In this document: positions 34,401-49,400 of the stretch, piece after piece | Layout of the letters: each line of letters opens with the position of its first letter | Position numbering within the stretch: the first letter of the stretch is position 1 | NCBI GenBank assembly: GCA_040954595.2 | Contig: CM082588.2 | Span: 186,001 to 250,000, forward strand | Reading direction: 5' to 3' | Origin: Balanoglossus misakiensis | Taxonomy: Eukaryota > Animalia > Hemichordata | Length of the DNA: 64,000 nucleotides | The notes under the pieces: model-generated | Told to the model about the DNA's origin: nothing | Database searches by the model: none | The model's input: the letters and a program-made list of their open reading frames with translations, nothing else | Position numbers and translations under genes: made by a program

Positions 34401-37400
34401 CATTAACTCAATGCTTGACCTTTAAAACCTAATATGATAATTGATATGTTCTATGATATGGACAGTAACACTTGTTGTATACTCATGCTAAACTAAATGT
34501 ATTTTGCTATCATAAGTATAGCACAAGGCAAGTTGAGGGTTTGGGCAGGATTCAAATGGAACATGTATATAAATCAATTCACTGTTGTCATGTACGGAAA
34601 GACTATTTTACTAACACAACTGTAAAAGACTCACCCTTAAGTCACCATACTAGAATGTTCAATTCTCCTCCTGAAGTTCATGCAAGAATTTACAGACCTA
34701 TAAAAAAAGCCATCACCATTCCTAATTACAGTACTAAAGAAGCACAAATTTCAAATGAAAATATTTTCCTGGTGACAAGCAGATGATCATTACCAGCTCA
34801 TATTATATTTTGTTGAAAAGTTTTTTTTTCCCCAATACAGATTTAGCCATTGAATGAGCCTGCCACGTTCAAAGCAAATAAAGCCACGATGCATGGCATA
34901 TTTTAGAAATAACCATCACAAATGATTAAAAAGCAGTCAAGTCCGAACATTCTGCAAAACGGAAAACATGATAAAGGTTACTTCAAACTGTGTATCTTAA
35001 AGAGCATGCAATGATGATGGACATGTCATGCTCCATTCCACACATATTATTTCACAGTGATTCTACCTAATGACTAAACATTCTATCTGTGTAGTTTATT
35101 ATTAAACTTCAAATGAAATCCACTTGAAAACGGTGATCATATTTTAGTATTGTATGTCAAATTTCAAAATACAGACTATTCAAAATGGCATTAGGTTATA
35201 ATGTACAGCAATGATAGTTCAATTTTTTTAATCATATGGCATAGCATCAGTGAGACTTCATCTCTAATATTGTAATTAAGTTACCTTGCAACTATCTGCT
35301 AATCTATTACGCTAATTACTAAATTAGATCTAATTTAGGATAATCAGACAAAGAAGATGACTTGCCTCTTCATCTACTTGCGTATTCAACAATGTGTGCC
35401 ACACGACATCTGAGGCAAAGCCAGTGTTGAACTCCCCTACAACTTTCTCTGGCTGAAAAACAGAAAGAAAAAATCCCCTGTAGCTAAGATAACCTCTGAC
35501 TTTTCTTCAGTAACACTACATCTACGCGTACAAAACAGCTAGCTTATGCTCTTTCAGTCATTGTGTGGCAAAGATGTAATCAGACTGCCAAGTGGTGAAC
35601 TGTTGCATTTGTGATGTCGAATCTGTGCTGTTTTGTATGGATCCCTATTAAGTGTGCACACTGGCAGAATTATGGCTGACTTAAGGCTCAGGCTAAATTT
35701 CTTTGATTTGATATTGTAAACAGGGGAGACATGTGATAACGTTGATGGAGATACAAGCATCATGTGAAATTTATGAGGTGACAGAAGGTATATATTGACT
35801 AAAAATTGTAGTTAACTGCTGCATGGGTAGATTACTTTGCACAGTATGTGGCTGCTACTCTTAATACACTATCAAATAAATTTTATGTGCAAAGTTTTTT
35901 ATCATGGCCATCTGCTGTGATACTTTTCATTCATTTTGAATGTCAGAGTACTAGTCGTTGCAGTTCAGAGGTTATTCGAGCTGGACATCCATCATATTCA
36001 AGAAACTATTACTGGCTATTACTGCAAACATTTTTAGAACTCAGGGCGTTCATCACAACGACATCTTCATCCATTATCAAAATGCAAAGCAGAGTGGTTT
36101 ACACTATGGCTAAAACAAATAATGCACACATCACAGCAGGAAACTCACCAATTAATGAAGACTTCTACAATTCACACACAAGTGTCAGAACAGGTATAGT
36201 TTTATGATAAAATGGGTTCTCCTGTTGTTTGCCAAACATGAATTGAATACTCAATTGATCATTTTGAAATTTTTATTTGCATTTCATCTTGCTCTTTGTG
36301 ACCTTATGTATATATGGACATCATGTAAATTAGAGGAGACCTTGCAATACATATCTTTAAACTTTAGGCAATCTGCACTGAATGTATGTAGTTTCTACGT
36401 AATGTGTTGTGAGGTCATCTGCCAATGACTATCAACCAGGGAGGAGAAATGTGTAAATTCCAAAATTCCAAGTGATCTACAATAGACCACATCTAAATTT
36501 AAGGTGACCGGCACTCTCCAACCCCCTCGGTCCTACTTACTGTCAGACTGGACATAATCATGCCTGATCATTAATGCAAAAATCCTACACAAATGACTAA
36601 GATGAACCAATACCAGCTGCTTTAGATGATAAATCGTTGCTCATGAAATGAATTACTGCATCATTAAGAAACACACAACCCACAGGGCAAGTTTCTTGAC
36701 AAATTACCTTGGAAACAAGAATATAAGCAGATTTCAGAGCAACACCACATAACTTCATGTCAAAAACATACAAATGTTTCTATGCCAATTCCTGGCTGAT
36801 CACTCCTTAATTCAAGATTGTCTATATGACTCTTAGATGTCACTGAATATGACAGCAATCCAGAAGCATTACAAGATTTGACTTTGTAGAAGATGGCACA
36901 GACATTCTCCTTAATATCAAGAGATCCGGTGGATTTGTGGAAAAGAATTAAATGTTCATATATGAACAGTTAATGTACCCATATGGTGAGGGCATGTTGA
37001 AGATTATATGCCTGATAAAATAAGTGTTGTGCCCTATGGGAATATGTTCGGTCTTTCAAAAGGGTTAATTTATTATACGTGGATCTGCATTCATACTGAA
37101 AATTCATCTGCTCTTGGTTGCTGAATCCACTGAAGAGTATAATTTTTTTTTAGGAAACTCGACGTTTGATTTGTGTGATCTGAAATGGTAGGTTGATTAA
37201 TTCAGGGGCTGCATCGGGATAATGGTTGATGAGCTTGCTATGTTCAATGAAAAAACCTGGGCTCAAAAGGGCACTCACTCAATGTGATGTGATGTTTTTG
37301 CTGCACATAGCGTAGTGAAGAGAACAATGTCCAGAAATCAATAGTGAATTGAAAGTAAAAAAAAAAATGTTTTAAGCAATGGGATAGGAATATATCTTGA

Positions 37401-40400
37401 ATTTTGACCCTAAATTCAGAAATGCAATTCAATGTCTTGGCATCTGTACCTTATCAGTGACTGTGGAAGGCTTCATGAGGTTGTCAGCAAATCCATCTAA
37501 CACAACACGCTGTTTCTGAAGTCTGTGCTTCTTGATGCCCAAGATTTTCTTCTCCTTCTGCAGTTCAGTGAGCCTATCCTTGAGATCTCGAAGACTGGCG
37601 TCATCTTGGGCTTCCTGCGAGACTATGTACTTGCTGTTGTAAGTGACTTCATTGATAACTGCAGGTCCCTTCCCTTCCACCCTGCAAGAGAAAACACCAA
37701 CCATACTTTTATTTCTCACATTAACACCTGTTGTGTTCAGTTTATGACACATAACTCTAAAGGAAAGGTTAAACTGAAGGATACACTGAATGTACTGTGT
37801 GGATCAAATTCACAATACATGTATCCACAAAAATAGGAACAATTACAGTCAGTCAGCAATCAAAAGCATCAATGCAAAATTATTCTCTGTTTCAATATTC
37901 TGTCACTCAATGTTTACTTTCATGGCAGATATTTTAGGTTGCTATTCTTCGAATTAATCTGAACATGATATTTTAATGGTAACAATAATTCCAATACAAA
38001 AGAAATACACACTCCAACATCATCCAGCATATGCCGCTGAGTTCTGACTATGCATGTTGAATCTAATTGTTAACACGTCGTCCAGGGTACAATTATTGTT
38101 ATTCTCGCTGACTTTATTTTTAAACCCCTGGGGGAGCATTGCCCGGTTACGCTCTGGTGAGGCAGTAATTTGTGAAAAAGTGGCAAACATCACATTTTAA
38201 TCAAGTTTCACATAATGACATGATTTCATGCTTTACTGTTGCTTTATGGTTTTGACCATAATTTTGTGTGCCAAAGGATTATTTCCACAAAATGGGATCA
38301 TAGTGAAATGGGCTGGGTGTTCCAGCTGTTCATATAATAACGGGAAGGGGGGGGGGGGGGTTCCTTGAACTCATTTACGCCATCTAGTATATGCAACATT
38401 CTTTGATACAGAATCAGAGTAAAGAAGAGCCATAGCTGGGAACAAAACATGGCCCTAAGTGCTTAAAGAGGCAAAGTTGCTCACTTTTGACATTATTTGG
38501 GTTATTTTGGTCTCTTTTGATAGATTATTTAACTCACTGTAACATGCCCAATGACCTGTTATCACGACCCATTCACAACCCATATGTGGACATTATGTTT
38601 CAGAAACTTCTATTATTTTTTCCTAGGTTTCCACTTTTCATAAACCCGATGTCTTTCTAGGTTAAAGGCAGTCATTTTCCTCTGAAAAAATATGAGGAAA
38701 ACCTCTTCACATGATGAAAATTTGATCATTTTTTTCTCATTTGATAAATCAACAATTTTAGATGAAATTTAAACTCAAGGATAGACAACACATCATACAG
38801 ATTCATTGACACTAAAAATGTAACCCGGTTGCCGTCCCTCTGTTGGCATTATGTTTATTCTATTTTTAGGCCATTTTTAAGTGCTGGCACTATTTACATA
38901 CAGTCTACATCTCTTTGGTGACAAGCAATGTTGTTGGAAACAACAGCAAAATTCCTATTTGTTTCTTTGTAAGAACTGCCAACAATTTCACACATTTTTA
39001 CCAGATTTCAAACAAAGATGCAAAATCATTGAATGCCTTACACGGGATGTTAAAAATCTCATATTAAATAAAACAATTCACAGCAATTTGGGCGGTGGCC
39101 ATCACTGCAACGTGTGGCTGGCTACACAATACACATAAATATATTTTGCATATTTACATTTACCAGGGTGCTCAGCAATGCTACCAGTATCAGTGACAAA
39201 GGGTTCTGTTTTGGGGAGCCTGAAAAAAGTCTCAGTCAGTTGGTGAAATGAAAATACAGCTCTGTACAATAATACTGCCAGCAAAAACATTTCACTTACA
39301 CATTTAGTCATCACCTTTTCTCTTATTACTAGTGGTTGAGACTAGACTAGAAAGGACTTTTAGGAAAGCAAGTATCATGTTTACCTTTTCCAGCAGTTGA
39401 AGGAGAATATTTATTTCAATATGCCCAATACTCAAATATTAAGTAAATAAGACATTATAGGTAAACGTATCCTGCAAATATACAGTGATATTCAGAACCA
39501 GATTGAGATGAACTTTGCAACGTATACATATGTAAGTGACTGTCTTAATTGTGGAGTTCTCAATCTCCTGAGAAGGCAATATTCAACATCACATTTCAGA
39601 CATACATGGCCAGTTAGAGATGGTTGAGAGTACATGTTGCTGATAAACTCATAATAAATATAAACTCATGCTTGCAAGAGACTTTTTTCTGTCAAACACA
39701 GCTAAGCTTTGCCACCCAAAGTGCAAGAAACATTATAGAATATGACTCTTCAATATAATTCAGTACACTGCCAGTGCCACTGGCAAATCGTTTCTAATTT
39801 CCCCGTTTAGCTGGGAGGTTCTTTTATTGCATGGTGAAAATAATACATCATAAATTATCAATCATTCGACTCAAATCCTATCAAGAATTTCCAGCATTTC
39901 CTAGAGACAAAGTCATCGGAAACCTTGGAAAAAATTACAGATGTGACGGATACATTAACAGGTCACTCTGTGGGGAAGTCATGCATCTGATGAAATATAT
40001 ATTCAACACAACAGGGATCACCATTAACCTATATTTCACTTGTCAGAACTTCAAAGCCTGTGTATTGTGAGTTAAAAGAACTTAATGGGTTGATGGCAAT
40101 TATTAATACAGAATAGATCTGCTGTGAATATGCAAATACAAGAAACTTTATCATGGCAGGGCTGCTAGGGCATTGATCTGATGGGTCCTTAATGTTCCAG
40201 CAAACCAACGTTTGAAAGATACACTACACAAAACTGTTTGTTACAGTAATGCATGTGTATGCATACATACATTGTACTATATGCTTACAATACTACAAGT
40301 ACCAAGCCAGCTAGCTGGAATTTCATCAATTCAAGTGTACAATTCTTCCAGCTAAATTAAAATTCATCACCACTATCCATGCAACCTAATACAAAGGTAC

Positions 40401-43400
40401 TTGAATGTGTTTTCCCCTTCGCTTTATGCTGCCATGGTTACACACATATTCTACAGACATTCGCATGATAAGAGACCATCTTTAATTGACGAAAACACTG
40501 CTGGTCTGAGGATTTCAAGATTCTGGTTACTGATTGCTTTCTTTGAGACGGTCAGTATCACTCATAGATGGAAAATGAATACACGTACAAAGTCTTTCTG
40601 AGAGAAAAGTTAAGACAAACTGAAATATGCGATGGTAGTAAATTTTAAGCTATCACTGTCCGATCAATCAAAACTAAAAACCATAGAGAATTTCATTTTG
40701 TTTACATTTCTTTAAACGCTTTCTACACAATACGTCAGATAACTTGCGATGAATGCTCACACCATAGCAACACTTCAATACATGTGGCACTTTAATAAAC
40801 CCGAGCAATACACGGCTACTTTTATGTGGATTAACGTCGATACCTGGAATGAATCTGATGCATATGTTGACATTTTCCACTGATTGCTAGAATCACACTC
40901 CTCAGCCAACACTGATTGCAAGTAAAGTCTGACCAACGATATGAAAAGATGTTTTAATCAACGAGAAAGTTTTACCAGGGAAGTCTTTGCGTGCGTGTGA
41001 GCAAAGCTGTGTAAAATGTTGAAGGATACTTTAACATCGAAATCTAATCCTTGGCGCAAACACAGTGTGCTCACAGACTGATGAATGAGTCTCTGGTGAT
41101 ATACCTGGGTGCTTGTTCTTATAGAGTCACAACTTACAACTAATCTTTTTTACGGAACTGAAGATTTAATCATTCCGTCATGTCTTTTTCCAGTGCTTTT
41201 GGTTTTGATGGTAAAGCAGTACCTGTATAACCTGCAGTTGCAATTCTTACTGTTGAGGATCTACATGCAGTTTTGAGGATGTTGATTTTGCCTAGTATCA
41301 ACTTGCATAGTTGTGAAACATGCTTTATTTAATCTTTTTGTCTGTAGAAAAAATACCATACATTGTAAGTTTGGTGAAAAAATGATCACTTGGCATTTAA
41401 TCAACTAAACTCATAGCTTTATACTTCAAAAATACCATTGTGACCCCAAAATATGGATTGTTATTACACTTATAATGTAAAATGTAATAATCTGCATTTC
41501 CAAGAATTGACGTTACTTTGCACTCTACTGACTATGCATCCTTTAAAGTTTATACATCTGTATTCTGTCTTATCACTTCACATTAAGTTTGTCTCCATCA
41601 TTTGCAGCACTGTGTGAATGGCTTAAGTTTAAAAATACAGGCTTAGAATGCACATAAAGTATTACCGCTATAATCACTCCCTACTCCTTTGACAATCCAA
41701 CAGTAGCTCGTTCCATCATTGTCACAACCAACAACTTCCACAGATTGAAATATCTATTGCAGCATACTCAGGAGACATCTTGTTCTCCAATATATCTAAT
41801 CTACCACAGAACGCTGCATATGTCCAGGTTGATTTAGCTCTGATGTAAAAGAGCAAAGTCAAACTAGACTAACCATATTTTGTTCTACAACACCAAGGAT
41901 TGATATCAATTTGACCATGCGTGTCCATATACACATGCCTTGTTATTTTCGATGTATTTTGCTCACACTGCGTATCAGCGACAATAAAAGTAAATCCACC
42001 AGCTCACACTAGCTTAAATATGTCGCTATATATTCTAGCTAAGCCAACACCACACTCTAATGAACCAGTTACAGACAATATTTTATGCCAAGGTGTGGCC
42101 TAGAATGTTTCAGTGTCTAATGGGCCATGTGTGAATAGGATAAAAGTGAGCCTCAAATAGGCAGCTTATTTCAAACAGGCGCTGTAAATAAGGAAAATCT
42201 ATGCCTGTGCAAACCCACAGATGATATCGTAATAGTGGACTCATGGCTTGGTTCTGTGATTGACTACACATCACTAACCAATGCGAAACAGCCACCCTTT
42301 GACATGAGAGATCCCTGTTATCTCATTTGGAACGTTAATGTCAGGCAGAAATTGCTGAAACCCTACGCAAGCAAGGAGTGAGTTAGTCATTATATCTCAG
42401 CCAGGAGGCTGTATGGTCAAAATTCAATACAGTCAGACAATCAGCGAAGGAATTAAATAGCAGATTCTCTAATTGCCAATCAGCCGTAGTTAAACAGCAT
42501 CTGCAGCTGCAGGTCTAATTCCAAAAAAAAGTGAAAAAGGCTTACTATTTCCCTTCAAAATATCATCTTGCAAGTCAACTACATCTGAGAATCAATCAAT
42601 AAAAAGCTTTCTCCCAATCAGTCAACCAGTTTTTTGTATTTCAAAGATGCAACAGTCCTTTTTCTTGTCCCCTATCACTGTGTCTCTCACAAAACAAATT
42701 CACTCACAAAATGTCTCTTTTTTCATAATTATTCTGGTGAGATACATTTTAATCATATCATATTGCACACTGCAAAAGCAGAATACATTTTCAAGTTGCT
42801 TGAGGACCATACACATTATACACTTTGTATCTACAGATCAAGGGCTCCTTTAACACTAGCCAGAGACTTGCCTTTTGTTGTTATAGTTCTGCCATGTAAT
42901 GTAAATATTAGAGGCTTGTAGTAGAAAATAATCATCTAAATGACGCATTTTGGTATCACTACCACAATTATGCAAATGCAGCCAGCTAACAGCAGCATCA
43001 GTTTCTAAAAATGCACATAAAAAATTACCGTGACGAAGTTGACATATGTTACTAGAGTTGCAGAATTTAGCTGTTGTGCAGCATTAACATTTATTGCACA
43101 GCATATGAAATCTTGAAATGACATTTAACAATTTCACCCCTCTTTTGAGGTCCAGGAGAACCATAGAAAACAATGGGCTTGGACTAAACCATGGCGGTGA
43201 AAGGGTTAAACTACAGAGCTCAAGTGGGCAGGATGTTATTCTTCAATGTGACATCTGGTTGAGATCCAGACATACATGTATTTCTGTAGGCAATATACAC
43301 ACCTGGTGCTTGGGCTAAAAGTTTGTCTATAAATACATTGGATTATAAATTATTTATTTTAAAGGCTGACATCTCATGCAATGTTCACCTATTAATCTGT

Positions 43401-46400
43401 GGTACTAAATAAAAACACAGCCAATGTCTTTCATTCTGACAAATCTGAAGCTTTTTAGCTCTCCAGAAACTTGTGACTGCAGGTTAACTTTCAGTTTCTC
43501 CGTTCTCACTGCGTGATTGCGTTCAGTCAACTACAATTCAGAAGATTTCAGTGCAAGTAAGGTTTCGAGATATTACTGCAACATTCCTACAGGAACTCAT
43601 CATTAGTCTGCTGAACAAACAGCTATCTGTGATAAAATTTGGATCTTTTCAACCACAAACCTTTGATGAGGATTATTGTTGGGAAGCTGAAGAATTCTTG
43701 GCGGGGACTTCAAAGGCCCTGCATCAGTTGAAAGCAGACATTCATACGATGTATGTGTGTTAGATACAATTACCTCCAAGACATCCTAGGTAAATGTAAT
43801 GTACCGACTGCAACCCTTGGGCAAGATACTGAAATTTCAAACTCAATACGGCATTTTGAAGCATTTAAGTAAAGCCTCTAACTGACGGTCTCTCTGTCTC
43901 CATGCTTTTTCTTGAAGGGATTTTTAGTATCGCCGGTGAAATTTACTGCAATATTACAGAGCTTAAAATATGTAGGACGGATTTTTTGTCTCTCTTGCTT
44001 TCAACATTTCCCTCTTCAATATTGCCTATTTTCTAACGCATACATATACACATTCTTAATGGGCAGAATAGTAAGACAACAACAAATTGCTCAACTATGG
44101 GCTCATTTTATCCATTTGCATTTTTTTTATTAGATCACTGACTACAAAAAATTTGTCTACTCTTGGCTGTATGCACGTACTTCTTGAATTGTCCTAAAGT
44201 TTTCCACACAAACTTGTAACATTTCACATTTATAATAGCCATGAGAAACACACAGCTGAGCAGGTGATTGAAATCTGATCCTGCCTTACTTCATCGAACA
44301 TGTTTACACAAACTGTTTGTTATGCATAACAGGCCGTCTGGCTGTAACCCTTTCCCACATGGTATTTGGTTTAATCCCATTATTTCCCTATGGTACTGGA
44401 GAACCCATCTATTCAGAGATGGGGTGAATGGGTTAAATCTATGCATCAATGGCAAGCACAGAAACTTTATACTTTACCAATCTATTTTGTTTTGCATGCA
44501 AGGAAATAGAATCAACAGAATTGCAAGTATAGTGTGGAAAGAGTGTAAAATTAATGCTTATTATGTATTTTGGCTTCGCTACCAAATTTCAGAAAAGGTT
44601 ACTGAAGCATTTTCTAATAAGTTTATATCTTTTGTGTTATCATTTGTAAAATTTCAAAGATGAAACTTATTCCATTGGTCCAGGAACACGTAATGTCAGT
44701 GTAAGTGATCAATACTAATTGTTTTTAATTGAAACTCTTCGGTAAAGGACACTTAAAGCTAACAGTAACTGTTGCTTTCAATCAACAAGTCTGACATTTA
44801 AGCATTTGAAAGCAAAATTGGAGCTTGGTGCCAGCAATGGGTCGCCATGGCTACTATGCAAGGTTTCCATGGTTACTTGCAAGTATGCTTGCATGTACAG
44901 AGCTGAAACCGGCTAGTGATCTTGAATAAAAAATCAGTCCAGTTTTCACAAACAGATTTAATTAGACTTTCTATAATTAATCAATTTGTATACATGTGCT
45001 TAAAAATACCATGAGCATTTTACCTTAGTACGGGATACATTAATAAAGACTTGGATTGTATTTACCACCACTTAAAAGATAAAATGGCTATCTCAACATT
45101 TTTAATGATTCTGTTGCTGTCCTGTGCCTCCTTCAGCATTGTCACAAACACTCAAGACATATCGGTAGATTCTGGCTGACTGAGTTGCAAAATGCACATT
45201 GTACGGCCATAATCATACTCACTTCAGAGAGACTCAAGGTTCCCAAGGGTCTTGAGAAAAAAAAACTTAAACATCTATCATTTTCTTTGCAGTCCCATGC
45301 AGTATTCCTGTAATGATAGTTACCTAATGCAAACATAATATTTTGCCACCATATTTGCCAGTATTTATGACTATTTACTGTTAAATGTTCACTGCAACGG
45401 ACTTAAGCTGAACAGAGTAGTCAAGACATCAGAAATGATCAAACTTTATTTCCGTGAAAATTATAAGACACTGCAGACAGTAATTGGAGATGTTATCCAA
45501 ATGAAGGAAAGAGAAAGATTAATGGTCAGTTTAATGACATGCAACCGAAAAGTTCAATCCTGACAAACTGGAGATACTTATCGCCTTAAAACCTGCAGGC
45601 CTTCACCTGACGCTGTGGTAATCTCCTTGGGAAGAAAAGATTTCAAGCCTGAGATCACTATAATCCAGTGAAAGCCTTTTGTAAGTGATTCATCAAACAC
45701 ATCAAACATGATGACGTTATTGTTTCATGGGTGTGGCATCACTCTGTGGAATGGTTATCACCAAGGACTAACAGCTGAAGGAGACTTTGGCATGTCAGAT
45801 TAACACAGTCTGAGGAATGAGATGACTCAAAGGGTCACTGTCAATTTAACATGCCAATTTCCAAATGTCACGCACCAATAAAATGTCTATTGGGACTGTG
45901 CGCATAGAAAGAACACAGAATTGCTATTAAGGAATTCAGACATGCAAAATAGGCAGCATACAGGAACAGATGCATTTCCAACATCTGAATCAATTTACAT
46001 CATTAAAAAAGCTATATAAATGCATTGGGATGATACTGTTCCAATGTGCCATATATTGAGAAGTTCAATTGTAGATGCTCTTCATGTGAATATATGGTAA
46101 TTCTTTGAAAAATGTTTGAATTAAAAACAGGTAGGTTCAGTTTGGGAATATAGAAAACCAAGATGATTCCCCTGAAAAGTTTATTTTGAGAAGCTTATGT
46201 CCTTTAAATAAAATTGATGAATGACATTTATGAAACACACTTGTACATCTTTGTATGTTTTATGTTACGACACAATCCAGGAAATATTTTGTAAATTGAG
46301 GATAAATTCCAGGAAATATTTTGTAATTTGAGAATAAACTCACATCCTTATGACCAGCAGCAAAACATTTCAAAATGCAGCCTCTCTGTTTTACAAGAGA

Positions 46401-49400
46401 GACTGGCCATAGGGTACATGCACATTCATGGCACTGAAGGACAATTTCTTGGCCTTATCACATTTGCAGAAAGGACATTGGTATGTGTTTACCCATCACC
46501 AAGACTGTAGGACCTTAGGCTTACAATTGTATAACCTGATAAATGATAGGTGTGTTATTATGTCTGTAAAGTACTCAATGGTACATGAAAAATCTAATAA
46601 CTTTCATAGAATATATTCAATTCATCAGTTTTGCCTGTAGGGTGAATTTTCTGATGCGGCGCTATTAAAAACGAGTATGAGATAATTATGATATGGTTTT
46701 AACGCAAAAATGAGATTTGTGATGTAGTTAAACAAAAATGAGATATGACAATTTTTAATAAATTTTCTGAATTGATATTAATTAGTCTGGATAAAAGAGC
46801 TTCATAATCATTTAATGTCACAGGTCATATCTTAACAGCTCCATTATTTTGTACTGCACCAATGAAAGCAAACCAGTGAAAACAAAAAGCATGCATTAAA
46901 TTGTGGTATCCCAGGAAACGGTTACACCATTATAGATCAATGGTTACAGCGGCTGTAACTTTTGATAATTTTTCATTTAAGATTGTCATTACTACTTTGG
47001 GTTTATGAACTGTTTTGTACAACACAGACTGATAATCTTGAAAATAAAGGAGAGGGGCCATAAATTGATGAACTTATCAAAGCCATTAACTTCATTTCCA
47101 TCAGGGTTTCAAGTATCAGCACTTAATGTCCTCTCTCAAAGACCTGTGTAAATTTGATTTGGCTTCAGTGCTTTTCACTGCAGACCATATAAAATCTCTG
47201 TCAACAGATATTTCCTTTTAAAGGTGGAAGAAGAAAACACTCAGTATGTGCATGTAGCGAGAATGAATATGAACACAGCTTTGGGAATACTTTCCAAGAG
47301 ATACTTCCAGATACATTACCAACTTCTCTTGCTGTCAGTAGCATTAAATCTGGACACATTATTGAATGCTACTCTGGTTTCTACACTTCAGAATCATCCC
47401 AAGAGATAGCAATTAGACTACATGACCATACTGAACATCCCTAACATAGATTGAATAACACATGTGCAAAAGTTTTAATGGCAAATGTAATTGGTAATTA
47501 ATTAGTTAATTGATTAATACTTAAGTTTTTAATAGCTATACATATTAGACTCTTCATGCAAAGCTACAAGTATAGTTTGTCACAAATATATGTTAATCAA
47601 CTCACATCATACTATGCTCTCTTTGCCAATACTGATATATTAGTATTTGTGCAGATTGGGTTTGAATATCAATTTGTACTTTAGGCTTACATATGTGGTG
47701 AGAACATGCTGAAATAATAGTTAGATTCTGAAAATCACTTCTCTACTCGACTCACTTTGGAGTGATTCTGATGCTACTGCCAGCCAATGCAACACCCAAT
47801 GCCTTTCAATTACACATGACAGATATCCATCGATCAAACTGTAATATAATAAACCCCTGCAACTTCAGTCAGTTTTTGTCTGCTGAAGCTGTCACTGAAA
47901 TGCCTATTTCATACATTTGATATATTAGTCTCATAGCAACTCAATAAATGTCCAGAAATTCGTCTTGACGAAATATGACTCCATCCATTTTCAGTCAAAA
48001 AAGTAGAAGAAAAATGTGTCAACATTTGTACAACGTTCGCCTTTTGGAAGGAAATTAACTATAAGTTATTGTTATTTATATGGAGTGAGAATAATATATA
48101 CATTTTTCTACATCCTAAATTATAACAAAGTTAATTTACTGACGGAAACAAGCATCTCTTCAAACAGCTTTCTTTGTCTCATGGCTAATGTCAGTTATAA
48201 AACGTGCAGATGCTGTGGTGTGACATTGTGTGATATTTGATGTTTCATCTTCTACATAAAGCAATATTCACTATCACATTATATTTCCCTAAAACATCTG
48301 AGCTCGAATTCCCAAGAAGCGTCCTATATTCCAAACACTCTTCAAAAGGTGTCGACCAACCTCAATCTCATCTCACAGCATAATACAATTTCAAAAGGTA
48401 ATATCTCAGGATTTACTGAGCTGGTGCTTCAGGGATATTCCTATGAAATAATCGCAATTATTCATGATGATAAAAAAAATACCGCAACCTTTCTTTGAAA
48501 GCACTATTTTTCCCCTGAGACTCACTGAGTTAAAACTGGAAACACAATCTCAAGATTCATCATTCAATTGCAGCAAGTATTGACACACATGCATAAGTCT
48601 GTGATTGAAGTGGAAACTTCTGTGAGTCCTAATTACACGTTATAACATAACATTTTTCTTGAAAAAATGTGATGGTTCAGACTGAAAAAAATGAAATTTC
48701 ATACTCTGCACTACTTTTAAAATCTACACTGATTTTCACACAAGGACATGCAGTATACGTTATCAGCAATCTCTCCTGACATTTTGTCTTGGATAAGTTT
48801 CATACGGCTACTCTGAAACAAACATGCAATGATCTTTTGACATGGATATCTCAAAATGTGTTGATTTTATCTTCATAATGAGAACTGCACAGTAATTGTT
48901 CACCATGACAACCACAGAATCATAATTTTTCCACAGAAATGTTAAAAAACAAAGCAGCTTTTAGCTGCTCATATGGTAAATGTCTCAACATCAACAATTC
49001 TCAACTACGTGTAGATTTTAGACAGTGGCTATTATTTTATGAAGACAGGTTATAGAAATTTGTGAAATTTCCATAGATTCCAAGATGGCTTTTAAAATAC
49101 AGAATACATAGCATAGTTTTCAGGAATATTTATGCCTTCAGCCATACTCGGTAAGAAATGAAATCTATTAAGCTGTGGCCTTGTGACTGACGTTTCTCCA
49201 TGTGGAAGATGCCATTAAGTCGTATCATGCATTGAAAGCTCCAGATCAATTATTCATAATGCTGCATTGATGAGATGGTTGTTGCTGTATCTTCAATTTA
49301 CTGCCCTGAAAGATTCTAACATTGGACACGAAATTTCAAAGGAACGACAGCAATGACTATAGTTGAAGGAAATGATATCATTAAATCTTAATTTTACTCT

